64,000 nt of DNA from Fimbriosthenelais zetlandica (lineage: Eukaryota), in assembly GCA_977030845.1 (NCBI GenBank), contig OZ365111.1, positions 50,468,001-50,532,000 on the forward strand. Reading direction: 5' to 3'. The translations under genes were made by a program, and so were the position numbers. Each line of letters opens with the position of its first letter. The stretch's first letter is position 1. Below the pieces are notes generated by a model. The model did no database searches. It had not been told where the DNA came from and saw only the letters and a list, made by a program, of their open reading frames with translations. Positions 14,995 through 28,812 of this stretch are shown piece by piece.

Positions 14995-16810
14995 CAGTTT
15001 TTGCATCATTGCTCAGTATGGCGTCAGACGTCTAATTGCCATTCGTGGAATGTTCCAGAATTCATTTCTCAATGTTTCATTGATGTTTTTCGGCTTGTAA
15101 ATAATCTATTCGTTACGAGGCATTATTTTCAGGGACAGGGATTCGTATGGATTTTCCTCATAAACATTGTTATGGAATTGAAAATAATATATGGATTTTC
15201 GTAGCTTGATTCCATATGGTTCAAATTCAATGATTCATTATGCACCAATTTAAAATATTGAAAAATTCAGCCCAAATTCAAATACTGAAGATTCAATCTA
15301 ATTTCAAATAATGAACATGTTCAGTCTAAATTCATATAATGAACAAGTTCAGCCAAGTAGAACAGTTTGAACATTTTATATGTTTTAATGAAAAATATCA
15401 GTCTCTGAATATACTGCCAAAATGACAGACTCAGGGGACAAGATAACTGTAATAAAGGCCGGCTCAGGGTATAGATTATGGACAATGGAAACATAGCATG
15501 AAACGCAAGTCCATTAGACCGGTTAAACTGCTGCCTGTTATGCATTATGTTAGCAAATACATGTTAATCGCTCCTACTGATCCATTTATACTGAGCACCA
15601 TGGTGGATGGCCTATTATACCGTATACTGGTCATGCATGCTTTACCTTTATATACCGTATTGTTACATTTATACACTCAATACTATGTTAAGTCAATTAA
15701 ACGTGCAAATAATGGGAGTATAGTCAGGCACAGTATGACTAAATGTAGGCCTAAATATTGAATAATTTAAAACTAAATTAATCATTGAAACAAGTGCAAA
15801 ATAGATTAGGAATGTTTGTCTGAACTAAAATAACAGTTATACATATAGGCCTAACATATCAAATATATAGGCTGTGGGGATAGATACTGTAACAATAATG
15901 ATGTACTCAAAAAGTCCATTAATGGCATTAAATACAGTGTTACCTGGTCTAATTAAGACATTAACTCCAGGTTGCTTATAAATATTCATTATCAATGTGA
16001 CACAGAAACGTGATTTTTTCACATTTGATTGCATGTAGTAATGAGTACAGGTGGGTATGTGGTGGAGGGGGAGGGGGGGGGGGATTCCCCTCATATAGTC
16101 AGAGCACCTGCTCACAACAATATTAACTTCTGGGAATTTCCATGACAGGTGAATGACCATATCATCATCATACAGGTACATGAGGTGCTCAAAGTTTTTT
16201 TTGATCTGTCCCCAGAAAAAAAGATTTTTATGCCTGGAAAATAGGTGGGATTTTGATCAGTCATCCCAAAAAAATTGTGAAGAGTATACAAAATGATTTT
16301 TATGCCGGGAAAACAGGTTGGATCTTTCAATGTCTTGCAATACAATTCTGATTTAAAAATCAGTGAGTAATTGTGTGAAGGTTGATGAAATGAGCTACTA
16401 TTCTTGGAATATTCTGAGTAAGACAGAATGAAAGATGAAGATGAATGTAAGATGGAGGTTATTAATCAAGTCTAGCACCTCCTCCTCCCCACCAAGACCT
16501 GTCAGATTATCTCATACATGTAATACAGTATGCTGGACAAATAGGAAATCAATACATGGTCTGATAGAGGCAGGTTATATAGGTTAGATCACCCAGGTTA
16601 TAGTACTAATCTACAATACAGATACCATCAGCTACATCAGGCCATACGTAATATTATCCCCTCATTCTTGGCATTATTGCAGGTTCTTCAGAATTATTCA
16701 AAAGGTAATAAATGATTCTTAGATATTAATCAATCGACCTTTAGATCCCAAATGATCCATGATCATAATGATAGGATGCACAATGCACGAGTTCAAAATT
16801 CGAAATCATC

Positions 16811-17005
16811 CAATCTTTCATTCTCTCCCCTGCAATCTTTCATTCTTTGCTGCACTACTATCTTTCATTCTATCTCCTACAATCTTTCCTTCCATCTCCT
16901 ACAATCTTTCCTTCTATCTCCTACAATCTTTCATTCTATCTCCTACAATCTTTCATTCTATCTCATACAATCTTTCATTCTATCTGAATCTCCTACAATC
17001 TTATT
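16811..17005. repeat. 22-bp minisatellite (aatctttcattctatctcctac)n, about 8-9 degenerate units
   Basis: Tandem units seen directly; explains the repetitive ORFs 16752-17093 and 16759-17016. Confidence 0.9.
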
Positions 17006-20000
17006 CTATTACCTGAAATTATTCCATTTTGCTGCAATAATTCGTTTCAAGCATAGAAGTCTATACCCTTTGATTACCTTTGATCATTTATAAGCTCCAT
17101 ATATTACTGAAACAGACTAACCATAACCTCAGACACTAGGCATGAGTCAAGCTTGGAAAAAATTCCACTACCAAGTCACATTGAAGCTCAAGATACATGC
17201 AAAACAAACACCACCTTATTGTATACAAACAAGCCCAGTCTCCTCTCCCTGGGAGGCGGCGAGGTGGGGTAAGAAAAAACCCACGGCTAGAAACCACATT
17301 GTGTATTTAAGTCTTATTCCCGGCAAAAAAACTACAGCAGTGGTTCAGTGTTTTAGCTTGTGTGTACAACACAGTGGAAGCATAGAGAATGTCAATACAG
17401 AGAACCGGCGCCATGCCAGTACACGGGAGAGGCAGCTGCCACACTGACAGCAATGCTACAGTAGCCTACTACAAGCGTTGCCATGGTGTTATACTATAGG
17501 AAGATAGAATTCAGCAGGGAAATATCGAGGATAGGACCTATTAATAGCCATAGATAGTATACCCTACCTGGTATTATTAAATCCCAGGCGCTGGTATGGT
17601 AAAATCCAACACACTATCACCCCATCTGTCATAGATGGACATGGTAGATCTCCAGTAGGCTACTGGAGAGGTATAATCCTAGATGTTCAACATTATAGGT
17701 CATATTCACAAACTGAGGTCCACTTGGCGCCAAAATATGGACACGCTTGGGTGGGTTAGGTCACAATGGGAGTGGACGGAAGGTCTGTTGTCCCTGAGAG
17801 TGTATGGATATGGTGAGATGGAGAGAGATGGGGGTTCACAGTGTATGATAGACTCACACTCCACCCGCTCCCAATGCCTTCACACTACACCTCTCACACA
17901 CGCTGCTCAGCTATGATTGGCTGGTGAAGGTCATGGGGTATGAATTATTCATGAGGTGGTATGGTTTGGATCATAAGTATGATCCTCCAGGGTCAGAGAC
18001 AGAAAGGGGGATAGAGAGGGGAGATAGAGATAGGGGGATGGAGAGGGACAGTGGCTAGCAGGGATAGATTAGTCAAACAGGTATTAAATATGCAACAGCA
18101 AAATAATACCTTGTTTACTGAGATCTTTTTCCTATATTTGAGTATATATTGCACGAGTGCAATCTGCATCAGTGTATTGCATGGCCCGATCAGCACAGAC
18201 TTATAGCCGGTTATAGGTTAAGGGTGAGACTACGGCAAAGCTGAGGCTAAACGGTACCAACAAACCTAATTAAGTTTACTACCTTTATGATATTAAATTA
18301 AAAACTATCTATTATTATATGAAATACCCCCACTCCTATCTCTTACAACAATTTAAGAGATTACATTGGATTGAAAAATCAAGCATGACAAGTCTTGAGC
18401 CAATATTTGGATCTCCACATTGTTCCAACGTAGTCAAATAGAAAACATGAGGTATATTGTGAGCAGCTCCATACCCAGATCTAGTTAATAAGTTCATTCA
18501 ATGGGAAGAGAAGGGTCTAATGACCTCAAAACAAATAACTCAATTGATTTCAATTGTTTAGGGAATATAATACTAGAAAGACAAGGCCGATTCCACCGTT
18601 CAGTTGAAGAACAGGATCGAATAAATCCTATGTAAACATGACATTTTCTCTCTCACTGTTTGTATAGGCAGTGTTCATTATGGGCAAGGCATACAAACAT
18701 TGGTGCTTAGGCGGGGCAAGGTTCGCTTTAGACTTGCACTATTCCCTCAATTATTATTCATTTTTCGGTGGTTTTCCCTTTATTGAAAATATGAAATAGA
18801 CACAAATTAACAGTGCTATATTTTTCCAAAATATGGAAATATTCTCTCCATGGCTAGGAGAAACATTTGTATTTATATCAGAATGACTTAGTCCTAAACG
18901 GTAAGATCAGCTTTGGATATACTTGGCTTTCCCCCCTCCTACAAATAATTGTCTTTCCTTTTTTTTCATTTAGGGCTTGGACAAGGCTATGCTCACCTAA
19001 TCATTAATAATGGTGACATGGATGTCATAGGGCGATAAAATGTATAATTGATAATTGTTAACATGAATGGTAAGGGGTGAATTGGGGGGAGGGGTGCACT
19101 AGTTTAATGTCCCACACAATACATTAGCACCATTAGGTCAATCCATGTGCCACACTCTGCCAAAGATATCTTTATTTGATGTGTAAAGACTCCTTATTTT
19201 TTTACCATTTGTTATGTCATAACATTATGTTTTTGGTGGTCTTTAAGCAGATAAATTATTATCTCGGTTAGTCCAAACAAAAACCTCAGTTCAACAGACA
19301 CTAAACCGAAATGGCAATTGTATAAGTTACCTCTCAAAATAAATATTCCAATATTTATTTCTCTAAGTTCAATTTGCTTAGATACTTTTAGTAGGGAGTT
19401 GATTTGAGATAGGAATCTCAAACTTTTTGGGGATATTTGTTTCCATCTCAACCCTTTCAATATTTGAATTCACATTCATAGAAAGAGCACTGATGGCTGA
19501 AATGAAATATTTCACATCTACCTTAAACTGTAATGGTTTAACTAGTCTGCACGTAATGTAATAAACTCACATTAAGTATGACGCCGCGTTACACGGGGCT
19601 GCGGGACAAAGCCAGAGTGAGTGAGTCATATTGGTGCTACCTGGCAGAACCCACGCTAACCTTTTAAAATTTTACTCCAATGTTGTAAACGCAGCACGCT
19701 CTGGTGGAAATAGATCAGCTTCACCCCCCAAGGGATATAGAGAGAATTGGGGGTAAATATAATATCCTGTCCCCCTAAAAATTATTAAATTATCAGTCTT
19801 TTTTGTAACTTTTCATCAGAAATGATAAAGTATACGATAAAGTATTGAATAGTAGGATTGATACCTAAGAATTTACATTCAAAATGACCAATTATAACTA
19901 TTTTCATTGTTGTAGAAACTTTAGGAATCTATTTTACTATGTTCATGAAAAGTGAAATGAAAGTCCTAGTAGTATATAGAAAACGGCCTTAAACGATGGC

Positions 20001-20830
20001 ACCACAGACGCCAACCCGTGCCTCCCCCTAGCGTGAACGGGCCGAACCACAGTACGACTAATCTTACCAATTCTTTGGAAGGAAATTAGGGGTGGGGGAA
20101 TCAATGTAAAAGCCTGGTTTCGGCCAAAAGTGGTAAGAGAAAGTCCAAATCGATTGCCAATTGGATTTTGGGTTAACTTCCATCCATAATTGTAATGGAA
20201 TTATTCATAGGGGTGAAAACCATGCATGTTTCAGGGGAAGTTATATATTTTGGGGAACATTTCAAAACTGAATATAAATTCGATTCGGATATACAGTAAA
20301 TTATCTTCCATTGACAAGCAAATGCCACGGTGGGTCTAAGGCCATGATGATTTGAATAAGTGATGATTTTATTCAATAACAAAGCCTCCATGTCGCCTGC
20401 CCAGCTGTCCACCCATGCCTTAAATACCCCCATTTTTATACTACTTTTATAGCCGCTAAATCAGCCATAAAACAGCCGCTTCTGGTGAGCTTATAGAAAT
20501 CTCGGCGAGGTGTCCTATTATAATCTTCATAGGGGATTTTCTGATTGGCCATCAAATGTGGGTAAATGAAGGCTAACAATAACATCAGAAGGCGGGCTGA
20601 CAGAATGGCCACCCGACCCGTCAAATGATCAATTGAGACACAAGAGCGCCTCAATATTTATTGGGACGCCCTACTGAAAAACAGCTCCCGGGGTCTATAG
20701 CCCAGTCTCTCTTCACATTTTTGTCATAATTGCATATGCAATGCCCTTCTATATATACATTGAGGGTAAAATTGTTAATTTTCAAATAAACTTAATATAG
20801 TTTTTTTTGTGGTTGGGACAGGGGGATGTA

Positions 20831-20975
20831 AAATGGCAAAGGGTCTTGTCTTAAATTTAATCTTTTTTTTTGGAGATGGGCATAAGATGGCAAAGGGTCT
20901 TGCCTTAAAGTTTATCATTCTTTTTTGGAGATGGGGGTTAAACCGGGGGGTTAAATGGCGAAGGGTCTTGCCTTC
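20831..20975. repeat. Three degenerate tandem copies of a ~54-68-bp unit (core atggcaaagggtcttg)
   Basis: Core starts near 20831, 20885 and 20953. Confidence 0.8.
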
Positions 20976-21123
20976 TCTAAGGTATGTAAATATTGGAAAG
21001 TATATTTTACAACAACAATTTTTCAAATATTTTCATCCCCCATAGAGCCCCGCATATTTCTGTATGATAGGCTACAACTTGATGAATATAATGAATAACA
21101 AAAGTCATTAGCCTTTCACATAT

Positions 21124-21197
21124 CAGTGGTCAGCATAATCACAGGGGGGAAGGGTGGCGCGTGGGGGGTCTAAAATGACCAGGGGCTCCGGCCACTG
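21124..21197. mobile_element. Possible tiny hAT-like MITE (CAGTGG...CCACTG termini, G-rich interior)
   Basis: Short terminal inverted match only; no clear TSD. Confidence 0.3.
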
Positions 21198-21881
21198 AAC
21201 ATCTGACCAACACATGGACATCTGACCATTGGTGACCGGGGGTGTGTGAGATGGGCGGGCTGTGTGACCGTGCATACCAGATGAGCATTACCATGGTAAT
21301 ACTGGTCACTGAGCAGGGGGATGGGGGTTAGTTTTACTTGAGGGGTAAATCTCAGCTGAGCGGGGATTATTCCCCATGGGGATATTAGCTGAACATGCAA
21401 TCATTTCACAGAAGCTAATATATGCCACGGTGATTATAAGATGTAATAGGAGGCACGAGATGTGTTGTTTCCCCTCAACACTTCTGCCTCAACTTTACTG
21501 GCGTAGACAATGGCACCATCTTCCAGAAATATTTTGTATCGCCGATTTTCTTAGGCCATAGGGCCGGCCCCACCCCGCCCCGATATACATTTAGACTAAG
21601 GATATCCACCTCTTTTTTATCCCTTTTATGAGGCTCTGTCCCCAGGTCATTCTTAAATATCAAGAAAACCTGGATGGATTGTACAATCTTCATTCTTATC
21701 TAAATACATTTTTAAGAGCTATAACACAGAGTTTTTTGTTTATGTAGTGCGATTGCCCAGTTTGTATTATATTGACAACCTGAAAATACTCCCAAGTGGA
21801 GGAATAGGTTCAATAAACAGGTAACAAATAAAAAGGTGTCAAAAAAACTGAATAAAATATCTGAGTAGATTAGAGACAGAC

Positions 21882-22006
21882 CTGATGTTCTTTGAGTTTG
21901 TCCTCAAGCTGTGTCCTCGTCCAGTGAGGACGTACACATAGCGGTAGTAGACGGTTCTCAACGTCATGAAGCCACTTCCTCAGACCATTCAGGTCCTGCT
22001 CCAGAT
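21882..22006 (-). CDS. Coding exon (125 nt, phase 1-0) DLEQDLNGLRKWLHDVENRLLPLCVRPHWTRTQLEDKLKEHQ; first half of the next spectrin-like repeat
   Basis: Acceptor gtgtag|AT completes the GAT codon from the phase-1 donor at 25010; donor CAG|gtctgt; L-x-x-W-L-x-D-x-E spectrin helix A signature. Confidence 0.9.
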
Positions 22007-22351
22007 CTACACAAAAAATAAAGGTTTTAAATTTAATTAAAATAATTAAAATCAAACAATTTCCACAAGAGAAATGAATAATATATATCATCATGTTAAA
22101 ATAATATCGATATAATAAGATGGAGGTATCACATTTGTTCTTTTTCCAGAAATATATAAAGACCATAGGTCTATAAATGGATACACCCTATGGCATTGGA
22201 AATATTGGGCTAACCATAATTTAGCAGTATAAGAAAGAAGGAAAACGGATAAATCTGGGGTCATTTGATTGGGGTCTGCAATTAGTGCAATATTGTAATG
22301 TTGGTAGAATCTATGCTTTGGCAGAGATGAGTCAGTCAGAGGAAAACGCCA

Positions 22352-22465
22352 CTGCTGCCACCAAGTGGCTTGCAAGAACGTTACCATGGAAATAGAATAG
22401 TCCGCCTAGTGGAATGCCGCGGAACTAAACTGGGTGTAATTTCTAGTTTTCCCACTAGATGGCAG
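22352..22465. promoter_or_regulatory. Motif cluster: two oppositely oriented CTCF-like cores flanking an X-box-like site
   Basis: CCACTTGGTGGCAG on the minus strand (within 22352-22368), GTTACCATGGAAAT (22380-22393), CCACTAGATGGCAG on the plus strand (22452-22465); TGAGTCA just upstream near 22328. Confidence 0.35.
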
Positions 22466-24722
22466 GGGCGAGCTGCATATAAACCAGTTTTCTGTGATGA
22501 GTTGGCTTGGTGCAACGCCCAGTGGGATATCAAACAATATGGATTTACAATAAGTTTTAAATGATTTTTGATTAAACATAATATGCATGCATGGTTTCAC
22601 AGACATAACTCTTCAGATATATGTAATATGCCCATGTATTTTTTTGCAAAAGTTTATGCAAAAATCTGAATATCCAACTGCCTCATAGAAACTTCATGTT
22701 ATGAAAAATTCCAAGCATACTTTTATTAACGTTTTTATAAATCTTCAAACATCATTAAAAGTGATAAATATTTATTAGCATGTATAGTCTTTAGAAACTT
22801 TGGTTCTTTCATTTCTTGGATGTACCTGTACTTCCATTTCTTGGATGTACTCATCTTGGTGATAATAAAATATGTCTATGGTGATAATTACCTAGTGCGA
22901 ACAAACATACCACAGACATATTTTGTTTGGTCAGTCAAAGGACAATGCTAAAAATATTCTTAATTATATATCTGGTTTTAAATGCGTTTTTAGTTTTGAA
23001 ATTGACCAAAAACCTGTGGGAAAACATTTCGTAAAACCACAAAATGTCTTCTACTTGATGAACTGTATTTTTAAACACCATTTTAAGAAGAGGATATCAT
23101 GTTGGTATTGAATCAGTGCAGTATAATTATAAGTGATATGTGTGAATCACGCGGGTGAATGTTCACAGGTACGAGGTTCACCTGTGTGCCTGATTCATGG
23201 ACTCTATACATAACATGTGCCAAGATGAGTTGAGAAGTGAATTCTGTCTTGGCTGACATTTTCTTGGCATCAAGTCTATTGACTCCCGCCAGCTTGTGAT
23301 CCAGAAACCAACATGTGGGAATGATGCAAGTAAATGTCACTAGAGGCGGTGAGCACAAACTGGTAAAGGCTACTGCTTTAAACGCTGTATAAGTAGGTAC
23401 TTGTAAATAATCAAGTCTATCTCAGGGGGCCATATGGAAAGATGCAGCTCTGAAAAGCTTATTTCAATTTCTCATTGAAATGTTTCAAGCAGAGAGATCC
23501 ACAAATATTCTTTAAAATATCAGATATTTTGACTATGACAGTAAAATCGAATGCCATATTTTCAGGCATATCATTAAAATCTCAAATTAACTCGTTATGG
23601 ACTAATATTACTAATTCTAAAGGGCAATTTTATAGGCAGCAACATCAGTCAATTTTTACAAATTCTAAATAATAATAATTATCCAGTCAAGTCAAGATTC
23701 CCAGTAATATCCTACACTAGAGGCAGGCGAGGTTGGCATGGAAAAAATAACTTGGCGAGGAAAGTCGGGAAGAATGAGGGAAAACACTCGTGGGTGAAAA
23801 GAAAGGTATGGGAGTGTGTACCCAGGGATGGCTGGATGCCAGACGGTCCAGGAAGCCAGCGATCATATAGGTGGTGACAGACAGGGCTGTAACTTCCTTA
23901 TATAAACTCATGTTAATTACTAACCCCACCCCTACCCGATCCCACCCCCATCCCCTAAAATGTTCCCCAATAATTTTGCAAAATTCCAGGATGATTATTT
24001 ATCAAGAACAATTTCCATTTTGACGCGTCTTCAATTGAACCTATTGAGGCTGGAATTGCTGTTAAATTATTGAAAGAACGGCTTCAAAATGGCCCAAAGA
24101 CATTTCCTGATTTCTCAAATTCGTACTTTTTCCCATTTACTGGAAAGTCAAGAATGACTCAAATATGAAGACATTAGGGAACCTCTTCACTCTGATCAAA
24201 GAGCTTATAATGGCTCTTTGCTCTAATGCATTCATTTCAAGATTTTTATATGTCACGATAAATTAGACTTGTAAGTTCAATGGTGTTTCCATCACTTGTT
24301 TAGACATTTATATACCCAGTGACTGTATCTTGATTTTGCTCATTCACTTCATATAAAAGGTATATATATTTAAGTACCAGTATTCAGTGATGTATAATGA
24401 TATGGCCTTTCAAAACTAGAGGCTCAACTTCCCCAGGTAAATAGCAATCTAAGGAAGGGAAGTCTTAAGTTCATTTTTTTTCAAACGCTTTTCCCCACCT
24501 AGTGTTTTCATGTAAATATATATATACAGACAACTTGAAGTGGAAATAATGTTTGGTAAAAGCGTTGGGGAAGACATATTTTCTTGTCTGTTGAGCACTT
24601 TTGGAGTAGGTGATCTATAAGCGATGGTTCTTATCATACAGACAGAATCACCCCAAAAAATGTAAACCTTGAAAAACAACCAATTTTTGGGCGTGGATTT
24701 TAACATCATTAAATAACCTAAT

Positions 24723-24940
24723 GGTGCTAACTAACCAAAGCGGTTTCCAATCGCACTGCGACTTTTCATAAAACGCCTATTAAAACATATTTTTAAAAGT
24801 TTATAAAGCGTCTCCACCATGTGGCAGGGACATGCCCAAGTAATTTTTTGGTCGCGCCTCGATTTTTTATGGAGTTTTTATATACTTTTCATACACTTTT
24901 CATCGGCAGGGCGACCAAAAAACCGCTTCAATGTGCCCCC
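24723..24940. mobile_element. Decayed MITE-like element
   Basis: Inverted match AAGCGGTTT (24738) / AAACCGCTT (24920), continued by TCGC/GCGA and GC-rich outer ends. Confidence 0.4.
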
Positions 24941-25009
24941 ATCATAAATATTGAATACTAACTGTAGTGTATTGATAACATAAGGTGTCGTTATAAATTG
25001 AATACTGAC

Positions 25010-25208
25010 CTCTGAGCATGGTAGCCTCGTCCCTGTGGAGGGTACCGGGTGAGATGGTCTTCTCCAGACTCTCCCACTGTCTGTTAAGATGCTGTAGTCG
25101 TATGTTAATCTCCTCCTTCATGCTCGGGTACCGCCTCATTAACTGTTTAGCGTAATCATTAAACACCTTCCTCCTGGCTGACCGCTGTAGCATCTCCTCA
25201 TGGTACGT
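25010..25208 (-). CDS. Coding exon (199 nt, phase 0-1) TYHEEMLQRSARRKVFNDYAKQLMRRYPSMKEEINIRLQHLNRQWESLEKTI...MLR
   Basis: Acceptor ttgtag|ACG; donor AGAG|gtcagt; in frame with the flanking exons; spectrin helix C signature L-N-x-x-W-E-x-L. Confidence 0.9.
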
Positions 25209-25320
25209 CTACAAAGATACAAAGAAAGATTTTAATTTTATTTTCAATTGCCCGACCCTCATGGTACATCTACAAACACACAAAGACACATTTTTATTTA
25301 TTTTTCAATTGCCCCACCCT
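25199..25320. repeat. 61-bp tandem duplication spanning the 3' splice site of the 25010-25208 exon
   Basis: catggtacgtctacaaagatacaaag...caattgcccgaccct followed by catggtacatctacaaacacacaaag...caattgccccaccct. Confidence 0.85.
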
Positions 25321-26545
25321 TTTGGGAAGGAAAAATGCATAGAAAATTACAACCATACAGATTTTAAAATCATTTGAATTATCCTCAAGATCTCTAGATA
25401 GGTAGGTTTTCAAATCGCCAGTAACTGTGAATGGTCAATTTGGTCAATCCATATATTTCGAACATAAATATATATACATGCAAACAATTCAACATAATCA
25501 ACAATTCAACAAAACTGAAATTTTAGGAAGCGTCATCAGTCCTCAATCAATGGTCAATTTAGATTAATAAATTTCAATGTACATGCAAACAATTTGCCAA
25601 CAATGTAGACACGGGTTATGAAAAATTAACTAGGAAACTAAGAAAATAACATGGGTTAAAAGATGGGTTACTCAAGAAGACGGAAAATCTGTTTTCATTT
25701 TCCAGGGTCTAACTGACTTTCCAGTAATGAACGTTTTGTTTCCTATTAGTTCCTAGGATTGTCAGAACATACAAGTTATACAATACTCTAAATTTTAAAA
25801 CAATCAATGACATAATTTCTTGGCAGATTATCTATGGGAAACCTAAACCAATTTGGACATTATCAAATGGTTCTGATAAGGCTGGGAATCTGATCAGTTA
25901 TCCCAGAGCCTGGACGTTAAATTATCCATAATCATCTGACTAAATTACACCTAATAGCTACTAATTCATTTTTTCTGCATAATCCACCAGCAGCTTGCCA
26001 GAAATAGTGAAGTTTATTATTCTGAAATTGCATTATAATAGTCGTAATATGCAGTTGCATTACATAATTTTAGAATACCCAAAAAGTCCCCCCGCCCGCC
26101 GAAAAACATAAATTTCACATTAGTTTTGGATCTTGGTCTTTTGCCACCAGCCGAGTCATTGTTTGGCCAGAGGCATGTATTTTAAAGAATAAATATAACT
26201 TATAATTATAGAATATTCAATAGTAAAGAGCGATAGTTTGATGGTAATCCTATGGAGGTGGTATGAGGTAAATATGTGTGTTTGATTGTTATAATTATAG
26301 GTGATTATTATGAATGGTGATTTAAAGCTACGGTAGGTGATCATTATGTTAATCTAGCCTTTAATTGAGGTGGGAATTAGACCTTGAACTAATCAGGAAG
26401 GGACGCCATCTCACCCCATCTACTGTATCAGATCACATCCTCAACACCTTTGTTCCATTTAACTCCATTTACAGAATGAAAACCCAATATAGTCAGAAGT
26501 AAGATATGCGCAGCGAAAATCCACTTCAATAGTAAACCATTTTTA

Positions 26546-26665
26546 CAGTCCCAAGGCCAGAAGATGACCTATACAGCTTCCTCTGATTAGGATTCACCTT
26601 CAGATAATGAACAATCTTCAGTTCCAAGACCCCAAAATGTCATATACTGCTCCCTCTGATATTAG
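26546..26665. repeat. Degenerate tandem duplication, period 73 bp
   Basis: cagtcccaagg...tatacagcttcctctgat versus cagttccaaga...tatactgctccctctgat. Confidence 0.65.
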
Positions 26666-27777
26666 AAACACTTCCATACAGTGAATTTTTTTTATCAGAC
26701 AATGAAAACTAATTCGCATTATGGAGGTTTTCATATCTCTCAGTCTGATAAATCAGCTTATAGGCCTACATAGGTTAGACCAATACATGTACCACAATAT
26801 GTTTAAGCCCCATTATAGTTGATCCATTAATTGCCTCATATTGAACACATCAAAGGGTGAGAGGATGAGATCCCTACATACATACAGCCATCAGGGGGGG
26901 TATTTATCAATAGTACAGAGCTCTATATGATAGCCTATAGGTCTAATCAATGGATCAAGCCATGCAAGGGCTGAGGCAGACGCCCTGAGCAAACTCTACA
27001 GGTCTCAGACTGAATAGGTGGAGAAAATTTGGAGCTAGATTGACTAGACTCTAGCTGGGTGGTCTTAAACAATAGGTTTTGTAAAGCCACAATACTTTCT
27101 GAATAATATTCTGGTGTGGTCTAAGAAATCAGTTTCACCCAAGTCTTCTGACAAAAATGAGATTTTGTTTCACCTAATTTTTCAGACCATTTTTTTCACC
27201 CATTTTTTCAACATCTCATAAGAACCGTATCAAAGAAAAATAAGTTTCACAATTTTTTTTATCATTTCATTATAATTCAGAAAAAAATGAGTTTCAAAAA
27301 TGTCATAGGGTATTACTCCCCAATTACCAGCTATAAGAAACCAATTACTCATCAAATTCCAAAGAAAACAAATGGGTAATTAGTACGAAACAGATCTGTA
27401 TTCTCAAAGTTTAGACTAGAGATAATAGGAGGTGAGGATGGTGTTATAATAGGGGCCTGTACCTCCAAACAATAGGATCCGCTTACACTGTTACTGTGAG
27501 GGTCAGAACGACTAACCCTACACATCCTGCCTAGAAATATAGGCCAGCTCTATGTGTGTTACTACTAGTAAACATAAAGCCCAAGATAACACTAGCATCT
27601 CTAGATATACACACAGCTGGCAGGGATAGAGGCTGGTGGCAACCAAGACAAAGATAGGGTCTACGATTCTGGAAGGCTATTGCTGGAGGCATTTTTTGTC
27701 TAGAAAAATTTCATTCATCCAGCAACGAACAGAATAGAGCTGAGCAAGAAAGGGTTTAAGGATAGAAAGAAGTTTTT

Positions 27778-28022
27778 TCACTCTAAAACGCCTTCTATAC
27801 CGATTTATGATCTGATCAGATTAAAATCTGACATGCAAGATCTGCCCCCAATCGCATCAGATCTGACATGCACAGATCTATGAGAGAATCATCCCGATCA
27901 TGATCTTATCTTGATACACATTATGCCCATTTTTAATCTTACTTCAATTTGATCTGATGAGACCGTTAAGATCATGAAATCGCACCCCAGATCGGTGTAG
28001 TGTAGAAGGTGCTTTAGAGTGA
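27778..28022. mobile_element. 245-bp MITE with ~20-bp TIRs and a GATC-rich interior
   Basis: tcactctaaaacgccttcta versus reverse complement tcactctaaagcaccttcta (18/20); TTTT on both flanks; 10 GATC sites inside. Confidence 0.75.
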
Positions 28023-28682
28023 TTTTGGGGGTACCAAATCAATCCTAATAGATTTCCCTCGATAAAGAGTATGGATATCTTAATCTATATTTTCATTTTA
28101 GATTATGAAAACAAATTATAAGGAATATTTGCAATGTGATGCCAATGTTTTAAGCACACACTTGTACAGAATGAAGCCTGAATCGGACCACCCCGCGTGT
28201 GGTGGGTTTCCCATCAAGGCTAAACGTGGGTTTGTTTAGCTACTTTCACACAGGTTCCGGTATCATGTTGATCTAGACAGCACGTCTTATTTGATGTAAG
28301 CTGACTCACTGTATCGGTTATTAGGCCTTGTACACCCAGAGCCGTTAGACAAACCGATTTATAGGCGAAAAAACCCTGATTGTTGGGCAATATTACTCGA
28401 GGGTCTGTGTATAGAAATTGTGTATAATTTTATTCTAATAGTGCACTAAGGGTACATGTGTATAACTATCTGAAGTACATTGGGGGATTTCCGAAATAGT
28501 CACTACAAAACTGGGCATTCAAGGTGGCATTCTAGGCCCAATTTCCCACAATTGCGAAATTAAGGGTATTGCATAATGTGTCAAACATTTACTAATCCTG
28601 GTTTAAATTTCAAACTAACAGCTTGCAGAATCTGGTGAGAATGTATTTGGAATCCATTATGCATTATGCTCGCCAGTTGTTT

Positions 28683-28812
28683 GCTTGAAAAACAAATTTC
28701 GCCAGATTATGCAACGCAACCAATGGCAGGTTACTTGATCCCCTAAACAGAACCAAGATACCCGTGGCTTGAAAAACAGGTTTGGTAATTGCTTGCTGGA
28801 TTATGCAACGCA
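28683..28812. repeat. Local direct duplication (GCTTGAAAAACA...GATTATGCAACGCA, twice)
   Basis: 12-mer at 28683 and 28767; 14-mer at 28705 and 28799. Confidence 0.7.

Noticed and set aside
16098-16192. Box C/D snoRNA on the minus strand (ATGATGA...CTGA)
   Set aside because: No convincing terminal stem and no recognisable rRNA-complementary guide; an 8-bp inverted repeat (GAGCACCT/AGGTGCTC) suggests repeat debris.
16811-17005. CRISPR-like array
   Set aside because: Contiguous 22-bp units with no unique spacers, eukaryotic context, no cas genes.
1-21881. Further downstream exons of the gene
   Set aside because: No phase-0 minus-strand segment with spectrin helix B/C character and splice signals was found by eye; the next exon is probably outside the window, though a small exon could have been missed.
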